This document shows, one piece after another, positions 17,483 through 28,028 of a stretch of 64,000 bases of DNA. Positions within the stretch are counted from its first letter, which is position 1. Each line of letters starts with the position of its first letter. The DNA lies in IMG/VR virus record IMGVR_UViG_3300035703_000021, positions 64,001-128,000 of that record; one strand, written 5' to 3'. Source of the stretch: a virus. The notes beneath the pieces were generated by a model. It saw only the letters and a list, made by a program, of their open reading frames with translations. It did no database searches and had not been told where the DNA came from. Made by a program: the position numbers and the translations under genes.

Positions 17483-20400
17483 TTACTGCTCACTGTAATT
17501 CAGCGACATGTAAATCTCGTTATTTGTCTCGTCGTGATTGCCCAGGGCCCTCGCGATGAAGAAGGTCGCTAGGTTGCCATCATCCTCGTTGACAATGCTT
17601 TCGGCCGAAACATTGAACACGGTGTTCAGATCTATCTCAGTTGGGGTGTTGGCGGAGACGTAGTAAGTGGCAAGAGGAGTACCCTGGTTGCTTGTTAGCC
17701 ATCTGATGGGGTAGTCGGAAGCTGTGAAGATACCCGCCGAGTTTACGCCTCCAGGTGACAGGAAGCTTCCGCACTTCTTAGGAGATGTGTGGATGGACTT
17801 GTAGGTGTCCAGATTGGCCTCGCTCGCGTTCACCGTGGGCGCTGTGGATTTACCCAGGCTGTCGATGTGAGTGTAGGAGCTGATCACTTTCACCGGGCCG
17901 CCGGCCTGAGGGTTCGATGACCATTCACTGTGGAAATCGGTTTGGTCATCGGAGATGGAGACGGTGCTTCTGTGCGGGCTGAATGGCTCGACTTTGACAC
18001 CATTGGGGGTCTTCTGCCCGATCCATACCCCACCCAGAGATGCCCCCTGTCTGCCCTGGATAAATACGCGGATGAACGGTACGTTCCCCGGAGCGATCTT
18101 GGATACGAGAATCTGACGGACTTCAGACTTCTTGTTCATGGTGGCGATGTAGACGATGTTGTAAGATACGTCCACAGTGCCTGTAAAGATTCCGCCTGGC
18201 AACGAGGTGCCAATGGGCAGAAGGTACTGAGTCACTTCTCCAACGGTCCTGACGATACCGCCACTCGTTACGCTATTGACCGAAACCCCACTCTGGACTA
18301 TAGTAACAGTGAACGTATCAGTTCCCAGGTTAGGCCACGGGCCCGATGGGTCACTGACATAGTACTGGATGGTTCCCGGCGCTTCCGGGTCTTCCTCGGA
18401 GATAATCGTAACGTTCTCCCGGAGTTCTCTTCCAGCTTTACAGTACAGTCCTCTGCACAGTCCTCCCTCTGTCCCTGGGACGCTCAATCGACTATCGAAG
18501 TAGTCGATATCGGTAAAGTAATAGTTCTGGTACTCTCCTACTTCCAAGTTGTAGGTGTCCGTAGCGACAGTGGGACTCGTCTCCATGTACAGAGTATTGT
18601 TCGCGTAGGTGGCGGAGGTGAAATCGTACGGTAGGCCCTCGTAGAAAGTTTGGCCGTCGTAGGATGCGTTAGCTTGGATTCCCCAGTTAGGACCGGAGTT
18701 ATCCTCGTGCAGAGGATCCCCAGGAGTCGTGCTTGGCCACACGAACCCTACTCTAAAAGAGGAGGCGTGGGACCCATCACCTAGCCCGGAGAGCTCGCCT
18801 CCGACCCAGTACACGTAGAATTCGCTGCTTAGAACGTCGATAGTACTCAGAAGGATCTGATCACGTCTGAAGTAGTCGAACTCGATGTCGTAACCCGTCT
18901 CATACGGAGAGACGGGGGCGTACGTGAACGGTAGGTAGACCTTATCCGCTGTTGGGAGCGGTTTTCTGCTTGACAGGTACTCACTGCTCTGACCATCTCT
19001 CTGCAGTTTGAGAGCGACCGTATTGGGAACACTGAAATCCTTCTGGGAGGCGGGGAACAGGCCGTAGAGGTCATCCCCGATGATCCTGATCGCTTGGTTG
19101 CCTATAACCGACCAGTTGGATTGGATGGTAGGGTTTCTGAAGTCTCCTGATGAAGCTTGGCTGTAGGCCGCGACTGCGGTGTGAGTCGAAGCGTTATCCT
19201 CGGAGATACCCAGGGCCGGGAAGTTCAGCTCGTAGTACGGGCTGATCGCGAACTTACCTTTGAGCCTTCTTTGCTCTGGCAACGGATTCCAGACGTACCC
19301 TTCCTGGTGCGAGTAGGCCCACTCGGGACATCCTTTCTGCCTGACGATCTTAACCTCGCAATCACGCTGGCTGTGCACAAAAAGGTTCTGAGGAAATATC
19401 TCCTTCTTGTTGTAGAGTTCCGTTCCGAACCTATTCACTAGGAGCTGGCGAGGCTTAACGCCCATCACCGTCGTCCAGTCGATTGCATTGAGTCGAGTTT
19501 TGGACTGGGAGAACCCGGGGTTGGGAAGGTTTCTGACCTTGGACTGGGCGTTGAGGCTGTACAGAGTACCCTCGTCGTATCCATCAATATAGTATGATGC
19601 TCCGAACTTATTAACGTACTGATCAACTCTAATGGCGGAGGAGTCCTGGACTTTGAGTCTGTACTTGAAATAAAAGAACGGATCTGCTAAGCAGGGCTGA
19701 CCGAGTTGGTTCTCGATGACGAGAGTGTGCATCGTCACCCATCTACACTCGTTATTCTCCACCGGAACGTACGCGTAGAACCTGGCCCCAATGGCTCCGT
19801 ACCATCCGAACTCGATCTTGTACATGGTTACGGTGTCCGGATTGAGCAGGTAACCTGTCTCGCCCTCGCCGCTGAGGGAGTCCCCGTTCATTATCTTCTG
19901 CTCGATAACGGTCTCGTACTGAACTTTGCCGTTTCTAACTATCGTTTTTGTATTCTCTGCGTACTCAGCCTCGCTGAGAAACTGCGTATCCTCCAGGGGA
20001 ACGGTGGATCTTCTCACGATGGAGAAGAGGGCGCCATTGGCGAGCCTGAACATGTAGGAGTCGGTATCGTTTTCCACTCCGAACTCCAGGATGGTTCCGG
20101 GTCCAGCTCCGATCTCGCTTACTTTAACACCGTAGGTGAAACCGCTGATCCGACCCGGCTGGTAACGGAAAGCCCTGATGGACTTCAGAGTTATCTCGGA
20201 GTACACTCCTTGGACTCCGCCAATTCTATTACCGTTTGTGGGAAGGTCGATCTGCTCCCCAAACGCTTGGGACGGCCACGCGTTTGTAAAGGTGTTGTTA
20301 TTTCGATCAGCCACAGTGGGTGTGTCTAGCACAAAATAGGGAAGCTTCAGGTCTCTCTCGAGCTGGGTTACAGTGGACTGGTTCTTGTGAATCGTGAACT

Positions 20401-21517
20401 CCCAGTCCTTAAGGTCCTGACGGATCTCACTCCACCGGAGTCCGTGATACTTTTCCCAGAGTTCCGCGATGGGATTTGTTTTGATTCGGAAGTGCCCGCG
20501 ATCCTCCGCACGGCCCTCAGGGTAGTATACGCGAGTGGTGCCGAAGAAGAAGCTATCCCATGTTGCGCTGAGATTACCCGGAAGGTTGATATTAGCTTCT
20601 GTGATAAATACGTTTGAGGTCCCCCACAGAGAGGCTACGGATCTCCAGTTCTCTATTTCCGCGATGTTGAAGTTGTACGCGCGGCCGCTGGGAATGATGG
20701 GGTAGTTGGTTGCGGAGCCGAAACGCAACTGCTGGATATCCAGCCAAAGCTTATCCCAGTACAGCTCATTGAAGGAGAAAGTTCCGTCTCCGTTGTCGAT
20801 AGGAGGATACTTGCCGAGAGTCGGCAGAAGGTTGAACTCTCCCCACTGATTAGGCGTGAACTCATTAACCATGTACCTGAATAGGTACAGCGCGACCACG
20901 CTGTTGATATACTGCCCCCAGGTGGTGTATCTTTCCGCTCCGCCAGGATTCACAAGTTGGTCCTGGATCGAAGGTCTTGGGGGCTCTAGGAACGGTGTAG
21001 GATTCGCGGATAAAACAATGGCGGAATTTTTACTATCCTCGTTGTACGCTACGGGGTAGTAATTACCGGTGGAACTCGGCCTTCTCGTCCACCACCATCT
21101 GAATACGTCGTCAGGGTATCCCGCGGAATCGACTCTCCAGTCCTTTGGATCTAAGCCATAGGACGATACGTTTCCAAACAATCCCTGCTGAGACGTCTCC
21201 CGGTTAACCCCGAGAAGAGACCTGGAGACTTCGCTCTGCTCCGCAAACTGCTCCACCATTGGCAAAGCCGCCGGATCCCCTTTGCTGAAAGCATTGGCCA
21301 CGCTCCGGCCGTCATTCTTGTAGGAGTCGGAGTCGAGCACGACGCTAGGCGCCCTGCTCTGACCATACTCGCTCCGTCTGTAGGCGTCCTTCTCGGTGAC
21401 AAGAGGGGCCCCCTGCTCGGTTGTCAGAGGGAAGCCTCTGATGTCGACCATCTGCTTTACGCTTCGCGTTTTACGCGGTGGCGTTTTATCCGCTCTTAGA
21501 CTCTTTTTTCTTGCCAT
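17483..21517 (-). CDS. Large virion structural protein (RYQPG / IEFxWYGA family), paralog A
   Basis: 1344 aa; FRYQPGR, TMYKIEFGWYGA, FGASYYIDG, terminal SLNYSEQ. Confidence 0.6.
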   Translation of the reverse strand: MARKKSLRADKTPPRKTRSVKQMVDIRGFPLTTEQGAPLVTEKDAYRRSEYGQSRAPSVVLDSDSYKNDGRSVANAFSKGDPAALPMVEQFAEQSEVSRSLLGVNRETSQQGLFGNVSSYGLDPKDWRVDSAGYPDDVFRWWWTRRPSSTGNYYPVAYNEDSKNSAIVLSANPTPFLEPPRPSIQDQLVNPGGAERYTTWGQYINSVVALYLFRYMVNEFTPNQWGEFNLLPTLGKYPPIDNGDGTFSFNELYWDKLWLDIQQLRFGSATNYPIIPSGRAYNFNIAEIENWRSVASLWGTSNVFITEANINLPGNLSATWDSFFFGTTRVYYPEGRAEDRGHFRIKTNPIAELWEKYHGLRWSEIRQDLKDWEFTIHKNQSTVTQLERDLKLPYFVLDTPTVADRNNNTFTNAWPSQAFGEQIDLPTNGNRIGGVQGVYSEITLKSIRAFRYQPGRISGFTYGVKVSEIGAGPGTILEFGVENDTDSYMFRLANGALFSIVRRSTVPLEDTQFLSEAEYAENTKTIVRNGKVQYETVIEQKIMNGDSLSGEGETGYLLNPDTVTMYKIEFGWYGAIGARFYAYVPVENNECRWVTMHTLVIENQLGQPCLADPFFYFKYRLKVQDSSAIRVDQYVNKFGASYYIDGYDEGTLYSLNAQSKVRNLPNPGFSQSKTRLNAIDWTTVMGVKPRQLLVNRFGTELYNKKEIFPQNLFVHSQRDCEVKIVRQKGCPEWAYSHQEGYVWNPLPEQRRLKGKFAISPYYELNFPALGISEDNASTHTAVAAYSQASSGDFRNPTIQSNWSVIGNQAIRIIGDDLYGLFPASQKDFSVPNTVALKLQRDGQSSEYLSSRKPLPTADKVYLPFTYAPVSPYETGYDIEFDYFRRDQILLSTIDVLSSEFYVYWVGGELSGLGDGSHASSFRVGFVWPSTTPGDPLHEDNSGPNWGIQANASYDGQTFYEGLPYDFTSATYANNTLYMETSPTVATDTYNLEVGEYQNYYFTDIDYFDSRLSVPGTEGGLCRGLYCKAGRELRENVTIISEEDPEAPGTIQYYVSDPSGPWPNLGTDTFTVTIVQSGVSVNSVTSGGIVRTVGEVTQYLLPIGTSLPGGIFTGTVDVSYNIVYIATMNKKSEVRQILVSKIAPGNVPFIRVFIQGRQGASLGGVWIGQKTPNGVKVEPFSPHRSTVSISDDQTDFHSEWSSNPQAGGPVKVISSYTHIDSLGKSTAPTVNASEANLDTYKSIHTSPKKCGSFLSPGGVNSAGIFTASDYPIRWLTSNQGTPLATYYVSANTPTEIDLNTVFNVSAESIVNEDDGNLATFFIARALGNHDETNNEIYMSLNYSEQ

Positions 21518-21520
21518 AAA

Positions 21521-24500
21521 TCACTGCTCCTCCCAGGTAAGGGAGTTTACAACTGAGAGTTGGGTTGAAGGTTCCGTACTTGACGAAGTTGACTCCCACA
21601 TCGCGTAAGCGCAGAGGATATCCACCTCATTAGTAAGAGGATAGGAGATATATTCCTTATTATACGCGAAGTAGTCAGCCAGATCAAATTGAGCGCCTCC
21701 CTCATTACAGTACAAGGAGAAGATCGTGTTTCCTGTCCCCGCTACTGGCGCCAGTTGGAAGTCCTGCGAAACGGAAGCTCCGGAGAGCTGGGCGATGGAC
21801 TCAAAAGTTCCAATGATGTCCGACTCGTTCCACTTCTTCTGATCCTCGTATTTAGAGTGCGTAAAATCTCCTGAGAACTGCGTGATACTTCCCTGAGTGT
21901 TAAAATTGTACATTTTTACAGGAAGAAGTCCGCCAAAAACAGTGAAAGGTTCGTTTTTTGCCTCGTAATTCTGGATCCAGTAATCGGACCCCTTGCGGAA
22001 AAGTCTGACAAGCACGGCGCTCTCAGACACTCCCGGCGAGGCTGGGAATCCGCCAGGGGGAATGGATCCCGTCGCGATGCCTCTCATATAGCAGTGAATG
22101 TACGCGCCATCGAAGGACAGAAGACTCTGTAGACTTGTAAAGTCGGGAGCAGAGATATTAGCTCCCGTGCCAGAGGCAAAGATCTTCCTAGGTACAGTTC
22201 CTGATCCCAGGTTAAATCCATTTGAGGTATTAGTGCTAGAACTATAAAGTGAGATGGGGTAACTCTGGTTTAGCGAGGAGTTATTTAAGTTGTTGGTAAT
22301 GAGTAGCGGATTTTTGATGAAGTTAATGGTAAGGATATTGCTATCGGATGATGGGTCAGTCACCCCGATCCCGTACTTAATCGGATAGAGCTGTATTCTG
22401 TTTCTGATGCCAACTCCTGCTCCGTTACTAACCTCGTCCTTAGCTCTTAGAGCAATCATAGCTCGCTGGCGACGTGGGACGATTAACTCTATGTCAGTAC
22501 CCACCCCAAAAGCGGTTACGGCTTTATTGAAGTACAGCCTGATTTTATCAGGAGAGTCATTCTCAACCCAGATAACTCTCATCGTTGTATCCGACTTCAG
22601 ATACGCCCCTACAAGTTGATCTTTTTGCGCTTGAGGAACAGCCTCTGAGGTATCAACGCTAAAGTAATTCGAGGTTGAAACTCCGGAGACTTCGGCTCTG
22701 ATTCCACTATACGCAACGCTCTTGGAGTAATCGGAAGACTTGGAAAGTAGTTTCACGGTTCCCTTGTCCCCACCATCGATATAGTAGGAAGCGCCGTACT
22801 TGACAAGCTTGCTCTTTCCACTGTCTGGTAGGCCATTGCTCAGGCCCGCGTGAGTCATGTACGTGATGGGTAGAGTAGCGTTACCCAGTGAGGCCACATC
22901 AAGCTGGTTAGAAGCTCTCATATGGTGCACTCTCACCCACCTTGCTTCTCCGTTGCCTACAGGAACGTAGCAGAGGAACAGAGCACCGACCGCACCATAC
23001 CAGGAAAACTCGATCTTCCACATGGTTACCTTGGTGAAGTCGATATCGTACACGGAGGTATCCGTTAAGATGTTGCCAGCAACATCAATAACAACGGGAT
23101 CACCCGGGCGCTTGATGCCGGTATCCGCGGGGTCCACGTTAGCCGTAGAGACGTCGCTCCAGCGGACGGTGTTGGTGAGGCCATTGAGTTGGTCGTTGCT
23201 GAACATTGCACGGACAGGCCTCCACTCGTACACCACTCTGTACTGAGGAGGAACACAAATCTTAAACCACTCTTTGAGGGTTAGATTTTTGCGTCCAACG
23301 TCGGAGTTGGCAACGTCGTAGGACGAGACTCTATGCGCGGAAGGGAAGGCCGTGGAGTATTCTCCGTTCTGCACTTGGGTGCTTCCCTGAACCGATACGA
23401 GTAGATTCCACACTTTAACAGCACTATCGGTGGCGTTAGGAGCGGTATCGTATCCGAATCTCGCGTTGGAGGTGTCTACGTTCAGGATGTTCAAACCCTC
23501 TTCTGTAGTAGTTGTTCCGATCTGGTCTGTAAATCCAACCCCACCTCCTCTGCTCAGATTGGTGACAATGTCCTCCCAGCGGCAGTGGGCGTCTAGACGA
23601 ATATAATTCGTATTAGGCTTCATATAGTCCTGTTTGCTGTAGCCTCTATACTCATCGCTATCTTTACTAATATCTTTTTGATCAAAGGGAAACTGAAACT
23701 TCCTACCGGAGAAGTGCTCCACAAATGCACCAGCGGCGTCGCGATAAGCTAGCCTCACAGCGTAGCCTTCGTTGTAATTGTAATCTGACAGCGTGTTGGG
23801 AGCCGCTTCGATGGCCCTAACGTCCGCCGGAGCGTAGCAAAGACTAGGATCGTGAATCGCCGCGGCTACGTAGCACAAGCCGTTTCGGTAGATGACCGGA
23901 TCGACTCCAACGACTCCCCAGTTACCCTCTTTGATATTGGTGCTGCCTGTCGAACCCGTGATAGCGTTCCAGCGCTCTGGAGTCGTCTCCACTCCGGTGG
24001 GCTGGGTGTAAGTCAGAGCCTGCGTGCGGCGAACGCACCTAAAGTCGTTACTATCTCCACCGTTTACCATCTCGAAGTAGTAGCCATCGTACTTGTCGAA
24101 AATGCCCCACTTCTTGATGGTAGGGGCGCCTTTCATAGTGTTACGAGCCGGGGTGGCGGCCTCGTAGGTGGACTTGGTGCGGTTCATCTTTACACCCATG
24201 GTCGAGGATGACACACGACCAGGTTGGTATCTGAAGAACCTCTTCGAGGTCAGCACGGCGGTTCTTCCTGTGGAGGCCACTACCTCCGCCCCAGCTTCCT
24301 CCGCGAGGTGGTTCACTCCGGTGCCAGTGTCCGGGTCGTTCTCCAGAGGAACCTGAGACCACTCGGATGGGTTGACGTCGTACGTGTTAACGTCAGCAAA
24401 AATGCCCAAAGCCACTTCGGCTCTAGGGATTCCGAGCAAGCTAAGAGCGACCTCGGACTGAATCTTGTTCTGCTCCTCCACGGGGATAGGAGGCTGGTCC

Positions 24501-24592
24501 TCAGCGAATACTACTGGGAGGGAGTTAACCGCCTTCTGCTGACCTAGGGGTACCGGGGCGGTTTTGCCGATGATAGTCTGTTTGTTAGCCAT
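21521..24592 (-). CDS. Large virion structural protein (RYQPG / IEFxWYGA family), paralog B
   Basis: 1023 aa; FRYQPGR, TMWKIEFSWYGA, YGASYYIDG, terminal SLTWEEQ. Confidence 0.6.
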   Translation of the reverse strand: MANKQTIIGKTAPVPLGQQKAVNSLPVVFAEDQPPIPVEEQNKIQSEVALSLLGIPRAEVALGIFADVNTYDVNPSEWSQVPLENDPDTGTGVNHLAEEAGAEVVASTGRTAVLTSKRFFRYQPGRVSSSTMGVKMNRTKSTYEAATPARNTMKGAPTIKKWGIFDKYDGYYFEMVNGGDSNDFRCVRRTQALTYTQPTGVETTPERWNAITGSTGSTNIKEGNWGVVGVDPVIYRNGLCYVAAAIHDPSLCYAPADVRAIEAAPNTLSDYNYNEGYAVRLAYRDAAGAFVEHFSGRKFQFPFDQKDISKDSDEYRGYSKQDYMKPNTNYIRLDAHCRWEDIVTNLSRGGGVGFTDQIGTTTTEEGLNILNVDTSNARFGYDTAPNATDSAVKVWNLLVSVQGSTQVQNGEYSTAFPSAHRVSSYDVANSDVGRKNLTLKEWFKICVPPQYRVVYEWRPVRAMFSNDQLNGLTNTVRWSDVSTANVDPADTGIKRPGDPVVIDVAGNILTDTSVYDIDFTKVTMWKIEFSWYGAVGALFLCYVPVGNGEARWVRVHHMRASNQLDVASLGNATLPITYMTHAGLSNGLPDSGKSKLVKYGASYYIDGGDKGTVKLLSKSSDYSKSVAYSGIRAEVSGVSTSNYFSVDTSEAVPQAQKDQLVGAYLKSDTTMRVIWVENDSPDKIRLYFNKAVTAFGVGTDIELIVPRRQRAMIALRAKDEVSNGAGVGIRNRIQLYPIKYGIGVTDPSSDSNILTINFIKNPLLITNNLNNSSLNQSYPISLYSSSTNTSNGFNLGSGTVPRKIFASGTGANISAPDFTSLQSLLSFDGAYIHCYMRGIATGSIPPGGFPASPGVSESAVLVRLFRKGSDYWIQNYEAKNEPFTVFGGLLPVKMYNFNTQGSITQFSGDFTHSKYEDQKKWNESDIIGTFESIAQLSGASVSQDFQLAPVAGTGNTIFSLYCNEGGAQFDLADYFAYNKEYISYPLTNEVDILCAYAMWESTSSSTEPSTQLSVVNSLTWEEQ

Positions 24593-24601
24593 AGTGGGAG
24601 A

Positions 24602-26872
24602 TTAGAATGTGTGAACAAAGAGATTTCCGTCGGCGATGAAGTAGTTCGGACGGAGGATGGAGAGGCTGCCGCCAAGAAACTCGACGGTGTCTGTCAGTGT
24701 AAGGCCAGATATAGTATTTAGAAGGATCGAGTTGGTTCCGACGTCCAGTCCCACAATGGGATACGCGTTGTTCTGATTCCACCCCGCCAGGTTAGTGTTC
24801 GAGAACCCACTGATGATGAGTCTATCACTCTGGGAAACGTTGCTCTCACCGTAGATCTGAAAGCCAAGGATATCGCTGGAATTGCGAAGTCTGATGGCCA
24901 CATACTGGCTGGTGCCGATGGTGACCTGACGGATAGACAGCGGGCGAAAATCACCGATTAGCACGTTCCCTTTAACCTCGTACATGTAACCGTTTGGATT
25001 GTCCAGATTACCAGTGGCCAGCACGATCTTGCCACCCACGCTCAGATTGGCTGTTCCTCCGGGTAGAGTAAGGGAGAAGATACCAGCTTCCAGCTGATCA
25101 GCTGTCTGCAGCACTCTGAAAGAACCTGCCGCTGTTCCGGTTTTCACGCCCTCGGCGTTAAGCCCGTATATGAAGGCTTCTACGCTATCTTTAGAGATAC
25201 CAACTGACTCCCCGCCGTAGGTCACGGTCATGTAGATGGGGTCTAAGGAGTATCCCTTTCTGACCTCGATGGTCGCCCTACTGTACTCGTTGTTGTACGT
25301 ATCGATCGAGCGGATGATGGAGTCATTGTCGCTGTACGCCAGGTTGCCCTGTGCGTTCCACTGGCTCGAGGTCTCCAGCACAAGCCCGCGATCACCACAA
25401 CCTCGGATAATGTTGCTGTTGATAGTGCTGTACTCCGTGCTGATGATCTGAGGCCCTGTAGTAGCAAACTCCATCAGGTTGCCCTGGGCGATGACGCTCT
25501 CGCTGGTATCTACCAGAAGCGGAGACACCGCCTGCTCGTAGGATCTGCCCGTTCTAACAATCTTATTATTGAGAAGGCTTATGCCCTTGGAGTTGTAGAT
25601 CGCGACTCCACCTCCACCATTATCGACTACCGTGCAGTCTGACACAACCACGTCATCGGCATTGCGAACCAGAAGAGTTACCTCCGAAGTCACAGGGGAA
25701 GTCAGAGAGAACGACTCGTTGCGATTGCCATCGAGTGCAACCGATCTGATTCTCAGGCCAGAGATTCTGGGCGTCACCGATTGGCCCGTGAAGTTGATGA
25801 GTCCTGAGGCCGAAGGGTTCGCCAGAGTGGACGGAAGTCTGCGAAGTACGGACCCTCCACCGACTCCTCTAATGGAGATGTTGGAGTAGTCGATCTCTGC
25901 AGTGTTACTAAAGGAACTGTCCCTCATATTATACACGCCAGCGGGCAAGAACACCTCCTTGATCTGGCTTGCTGAAGCTAGGTTGATGGCCTGACGGATA
26001 TACTTGGTGTCGTCGATGGTAAATCTCACGGTGTTCCCGATCGCCATCGAGCTGCTGGGTGAGAGGTTTTTGCACTGAATATACGCTTGCTGTGTCCCCT
26101 CGGCGATCGGAAGGATCTCCAAAGTCTCCTTCGACGTCATCTTCTTCACCAGAGCTACCTCTCCGGCTCCTGTAGCGAACAGGTCGGACATGTACGAGGG
26201 AACTTGCGCTTCCAGCTCCCACGCCGGAATCTCAGTGGGGCCCAAGTCCCTGAATATGAGCGCTCCTGCTCCGGGGTAACCGATCTTGTTGTTTCCGATC
26301 ACGCCGAGAAACTCCACCCTGTTGCCCCAGACCCTGTAGATGATCGGAAGCACGTACTGAGAAGTCCTGGAAAAGCTCAGTTGGACGTACTGCTCCGTGT
26401 TCCAGAGATCCGGATTGAGAATCTTCGACCCTACGTTGGCGTTTGGTCTGACAATGTAGGAGTTGCGGTAGCTTGGAATCACACCTTTGCTCGCGTTGTA
26501 CCCGAACACGTAGTACGTCAGAGGAGCGAGATTGGCATTGGTAACGGTGGAGGTGGAGAAGTCAACATTTCCAGCTACCACGTGGCCTGTCACGGTAAGA
26601 TTTGCCGTTTCAGGCAGAACGTTAGTGCTGTAGCTAAATGCCTGGATCTCTACTCCCCCTTTGAGGATATCTAGGTACTGAAACAAGGTACCTCCAGAGC
26701 CGTCCGTTATGTTGCTGATAGTGACCGTATCCCCACTTATGTTGGATACGGTACCAGTAAACTCGAGTTCTCCACGCCCAGACGCTCCGATATTTCTCGC
26801 GTTGATATACGCGTTTCTATCCTCCGGGACTTGTACAATGACCTCTGAGGTCAGTTGTGGAATGTAGCGCAT
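24602..26872 (-). CDS. Tailspike-like protein with right-handed beta-helix (pectin lyase-like)
   Basis: DDTKYIRQAIN..VFLPAGVY..ISIRGVGGGSVL..LDGNR followed by parallel beta-helix repeats (VVVSDCTVVDNGGGGVAI, ISLLNNKI, TINSNIIRGCG). Confidence 0.75.
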   Translation of the reverse strand: MRYIPQLTSEVIVQVPEDRNAYINARNIGASGRGELEFTGTVSNISGDTVTISNITDGSGGTLFQYLDILKGGVEIQAFSYSTNVLPETANLTVTGHVVAGNVDFSTSTVTNANLAPLTYYVFGYNASKGVIPSYRNSYIVRPNANVGSKILNPDLWNTEQYVQLSFSRTSQYVLPIIYRVWGNRVEFLGVIGNNKIGYPGAGALIFRDLGPTEIPAWELEAQVPSYMSDLFATGAGEVALVKKMTSKETLEILPIAEGTQQAYIQCKNLSPSSSMAIGNTVRFTIDDTKYIRQAINLASASQIKEVFLPAGVYNMRDSSFSNTAEIDYSNISIRGVGGGSVLRRLPSTLANPSASGLINFTGQSVTPRISGLRIRSVALDGNRNESFSLTSPVTSEVTLLVRNADDVVVSDCTVVDNGGGGVAIYNSKGISLLNNKIVRTGRSYEQAVSPLLVDTSESVIAQGNLMEFATTGPQIISTEYSTINSNIIRGCGDRGLVLETSSQWNAQGNLAYSDNDSIIRSIDTYNNEYSRATIEVRKGYSLDPIYMTVTYGGESVGISKDSVEAFIYGLNAEGVKTGTAAGSFRVLQTADQLEAGIFSLTLPGGTANLSVGGKIVLATGNLDNPNGYMYEVKGNVLIGDFRPLSIRQVTIGTSQYVAIRLRNSSDILGFQIYGESNVSQSDRLIISGFSNTNLAGWNQNNAYPIVGLDVGTNSILLNTISGLTLTDTVEFLGGSLSILRPNYFIADGNLFVHTF

Positions 26873-26889
26873 TTGTTTTAACCTCTTTT

Positions 26890-27072
26890 CTAGCTTTCAA
26901 CAAAAAATCTTCCGAGGAGCGGGTGGGAGTCAAGTCCCGACTCGCGGATCTCTTCCAGAGATTTTTTGTACTCAGCCTCTAGACCCTCGGAGTTTTTAAG
27001 AGCGTTGAGTTTATCCTCGATCTGGTGGGGATCCGGGTACTTGCCGTCGATCCTGTATATATCAGATATCAT
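26890..27072 (-). CDS. Small hypothetical protein
   Basis: 60 aa ORF that fills the gap in a tightly packed operon. Confidence 0.5.
   Translation of the reverse strand: MISDIYRIDGKYPDPHQIEDKLNALKNSEGLEAEYKKSLEEIRESGLDSHPLLGRFFVES
26894..26901 (-). promoter_or_regulatory. Late-type element GTTGAAAG
   Basis: 29 nt upstream of ATG 26872. Confidence 0.6.
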
Positions 27073-27457
27073 AAGTGGTCAACGGGGTGTGCAGAGTGTA
27101 CGAGAGTAGAGCGTCAAGGGAGTTGACGGCGGAGCTATCGTGCCAGACGTAGAGTTTATCACCCTCCTTAAGAGTGATCTTGTTCCCGCTGATAATATCA
27201 TAGGAGATATTAGGAGGAAGATTAAGACCGTTGAGGATGTAAGCGGTGGTGGAACCGTTGGTTACTTTTGCGAAAACACCGATATTAGAGGCCGTTTTAT
27301 TGCAGACCAGAAGTGAAGTCACCAGAGCGAATCGCTTCTGGTAGTCGTATTGCACACCGGCTGTAACAGGCACATCGATCATAAGCCCGGCGGTAGCTCC
27401 CTCAACGTTTGTAGGGGAGGCTAGTTTGTTTGTGGAAACGTTAGAGGGGAGAAACAT
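27062..27457 (-). CDS. Small beta-sandwich fibre adaptor protein (family member 1)
   Basis: Likely start ATG 27457 (MFLPSN), 7 nt after the upstream stop; ALVTSLLVCN..LNLPPNISYDII.GNKITLKEGDKLYV. Confidence 0.65.
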   Translation of the reverse strand: MFLPSNVSTNKLASPTNVEGATAGLMIDVPVTAGVQYDYQKRFALVTSLLVCNKTASNIGVFAKVTNGSTTAYILNGLNLPPNISYDIISGNKITLKEGDKLYVWHDSSAVNSLDALLSYTLHTPLTTYDI

Positions 27458-27464
27458 AGCTCGA

Positions 27465-27773
27465 TTAGCTCCAAAGGATAGAGTTAATAAATTGTGAGGC
27501 GTGAAGGCCAATAATGTCAGCCCGGCGAATTACCGAGTAGGCTGTGATGGGTTCGGATTCGACCTCCACAGCGTTACGCCCGAGAACGAGAGGTACCTCG
27601 GTGCCAAATCCGTCCTGGATACGCCCCTGGTTTCTAAGAGTTAGATTACCCGTGCGCCGAGCAGGAATGAAGGAGATAGCTACACCATCAGTATCCGGCG
27701 AACCGGTTACGTTAGTGAGAATAACGTTGTTAAACGTTTTTGATATTTCAAAATCTTTGATGTTGAGCGCCAT
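27465..27773 (-). CDS. Small virion protein ending in a hydrophobic tail (INSILWS)
   Basis: 102 aa; DFEISKTFNNVILTN; preceded by the late motif. Confidence 0.55.
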   Translation of the reverse strand: MALNIKDFEISKTFNNVILTNVTGSPDTDGVAISFIPARRTGNLTLRNQGRIQDGFGTEVPLVLGRNAVEVESEPITAYSVIRRADIIGLHASQFINSILWS

Positions 27774-27815
27774 CAGGTAATAAACCTCAGATTTCTAGTT
27801 TATAGGTCTTAGTAA

Positions 27816-27823
27816 CTTTAAAC
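27816..27823 (-). promoter_or_regulatory. Late-type element GTTTAAAG
   Basis: 50 nt upstream of ATG 27773. Confidence 0.6.
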
Positions 27824-27845
27824 AAATCCTCAGGAGATGTAAACA

Positions 27846-28007
27846 ATGGGTAAGAAAGAACTAGCGACTTTAGTCGATGCCTACGCTGACGCTAAAGCGT
27901 CCGGAAATAAGCACCTTATCCAGAGCATGATCGCCCAGCTCGAGGCCGCTCTGGACGAGATCTTCGGTAAGGAGCCTGATGTCGAAGCCGAGACCGACGA
28001 GGATTGA
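27846..28007 (+). CDS. Small acidic hypothetical protein (53 aa, absent from the ORF track)
   Basis: AGGAG RBS then ATG; MGKKELATLVDAYADAKASGNKHLIQSMIAQLEAALDEIFGKEPDVEAETDED. Confidence 0.7.
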   Translation: MGKKELATLVDAYADAKASGNKHLIQSMIAQLEAALDEIFGKEPDVEAETDED

Positions 28008-28028
28008 AGCTAACGGAATCCTCCACAG

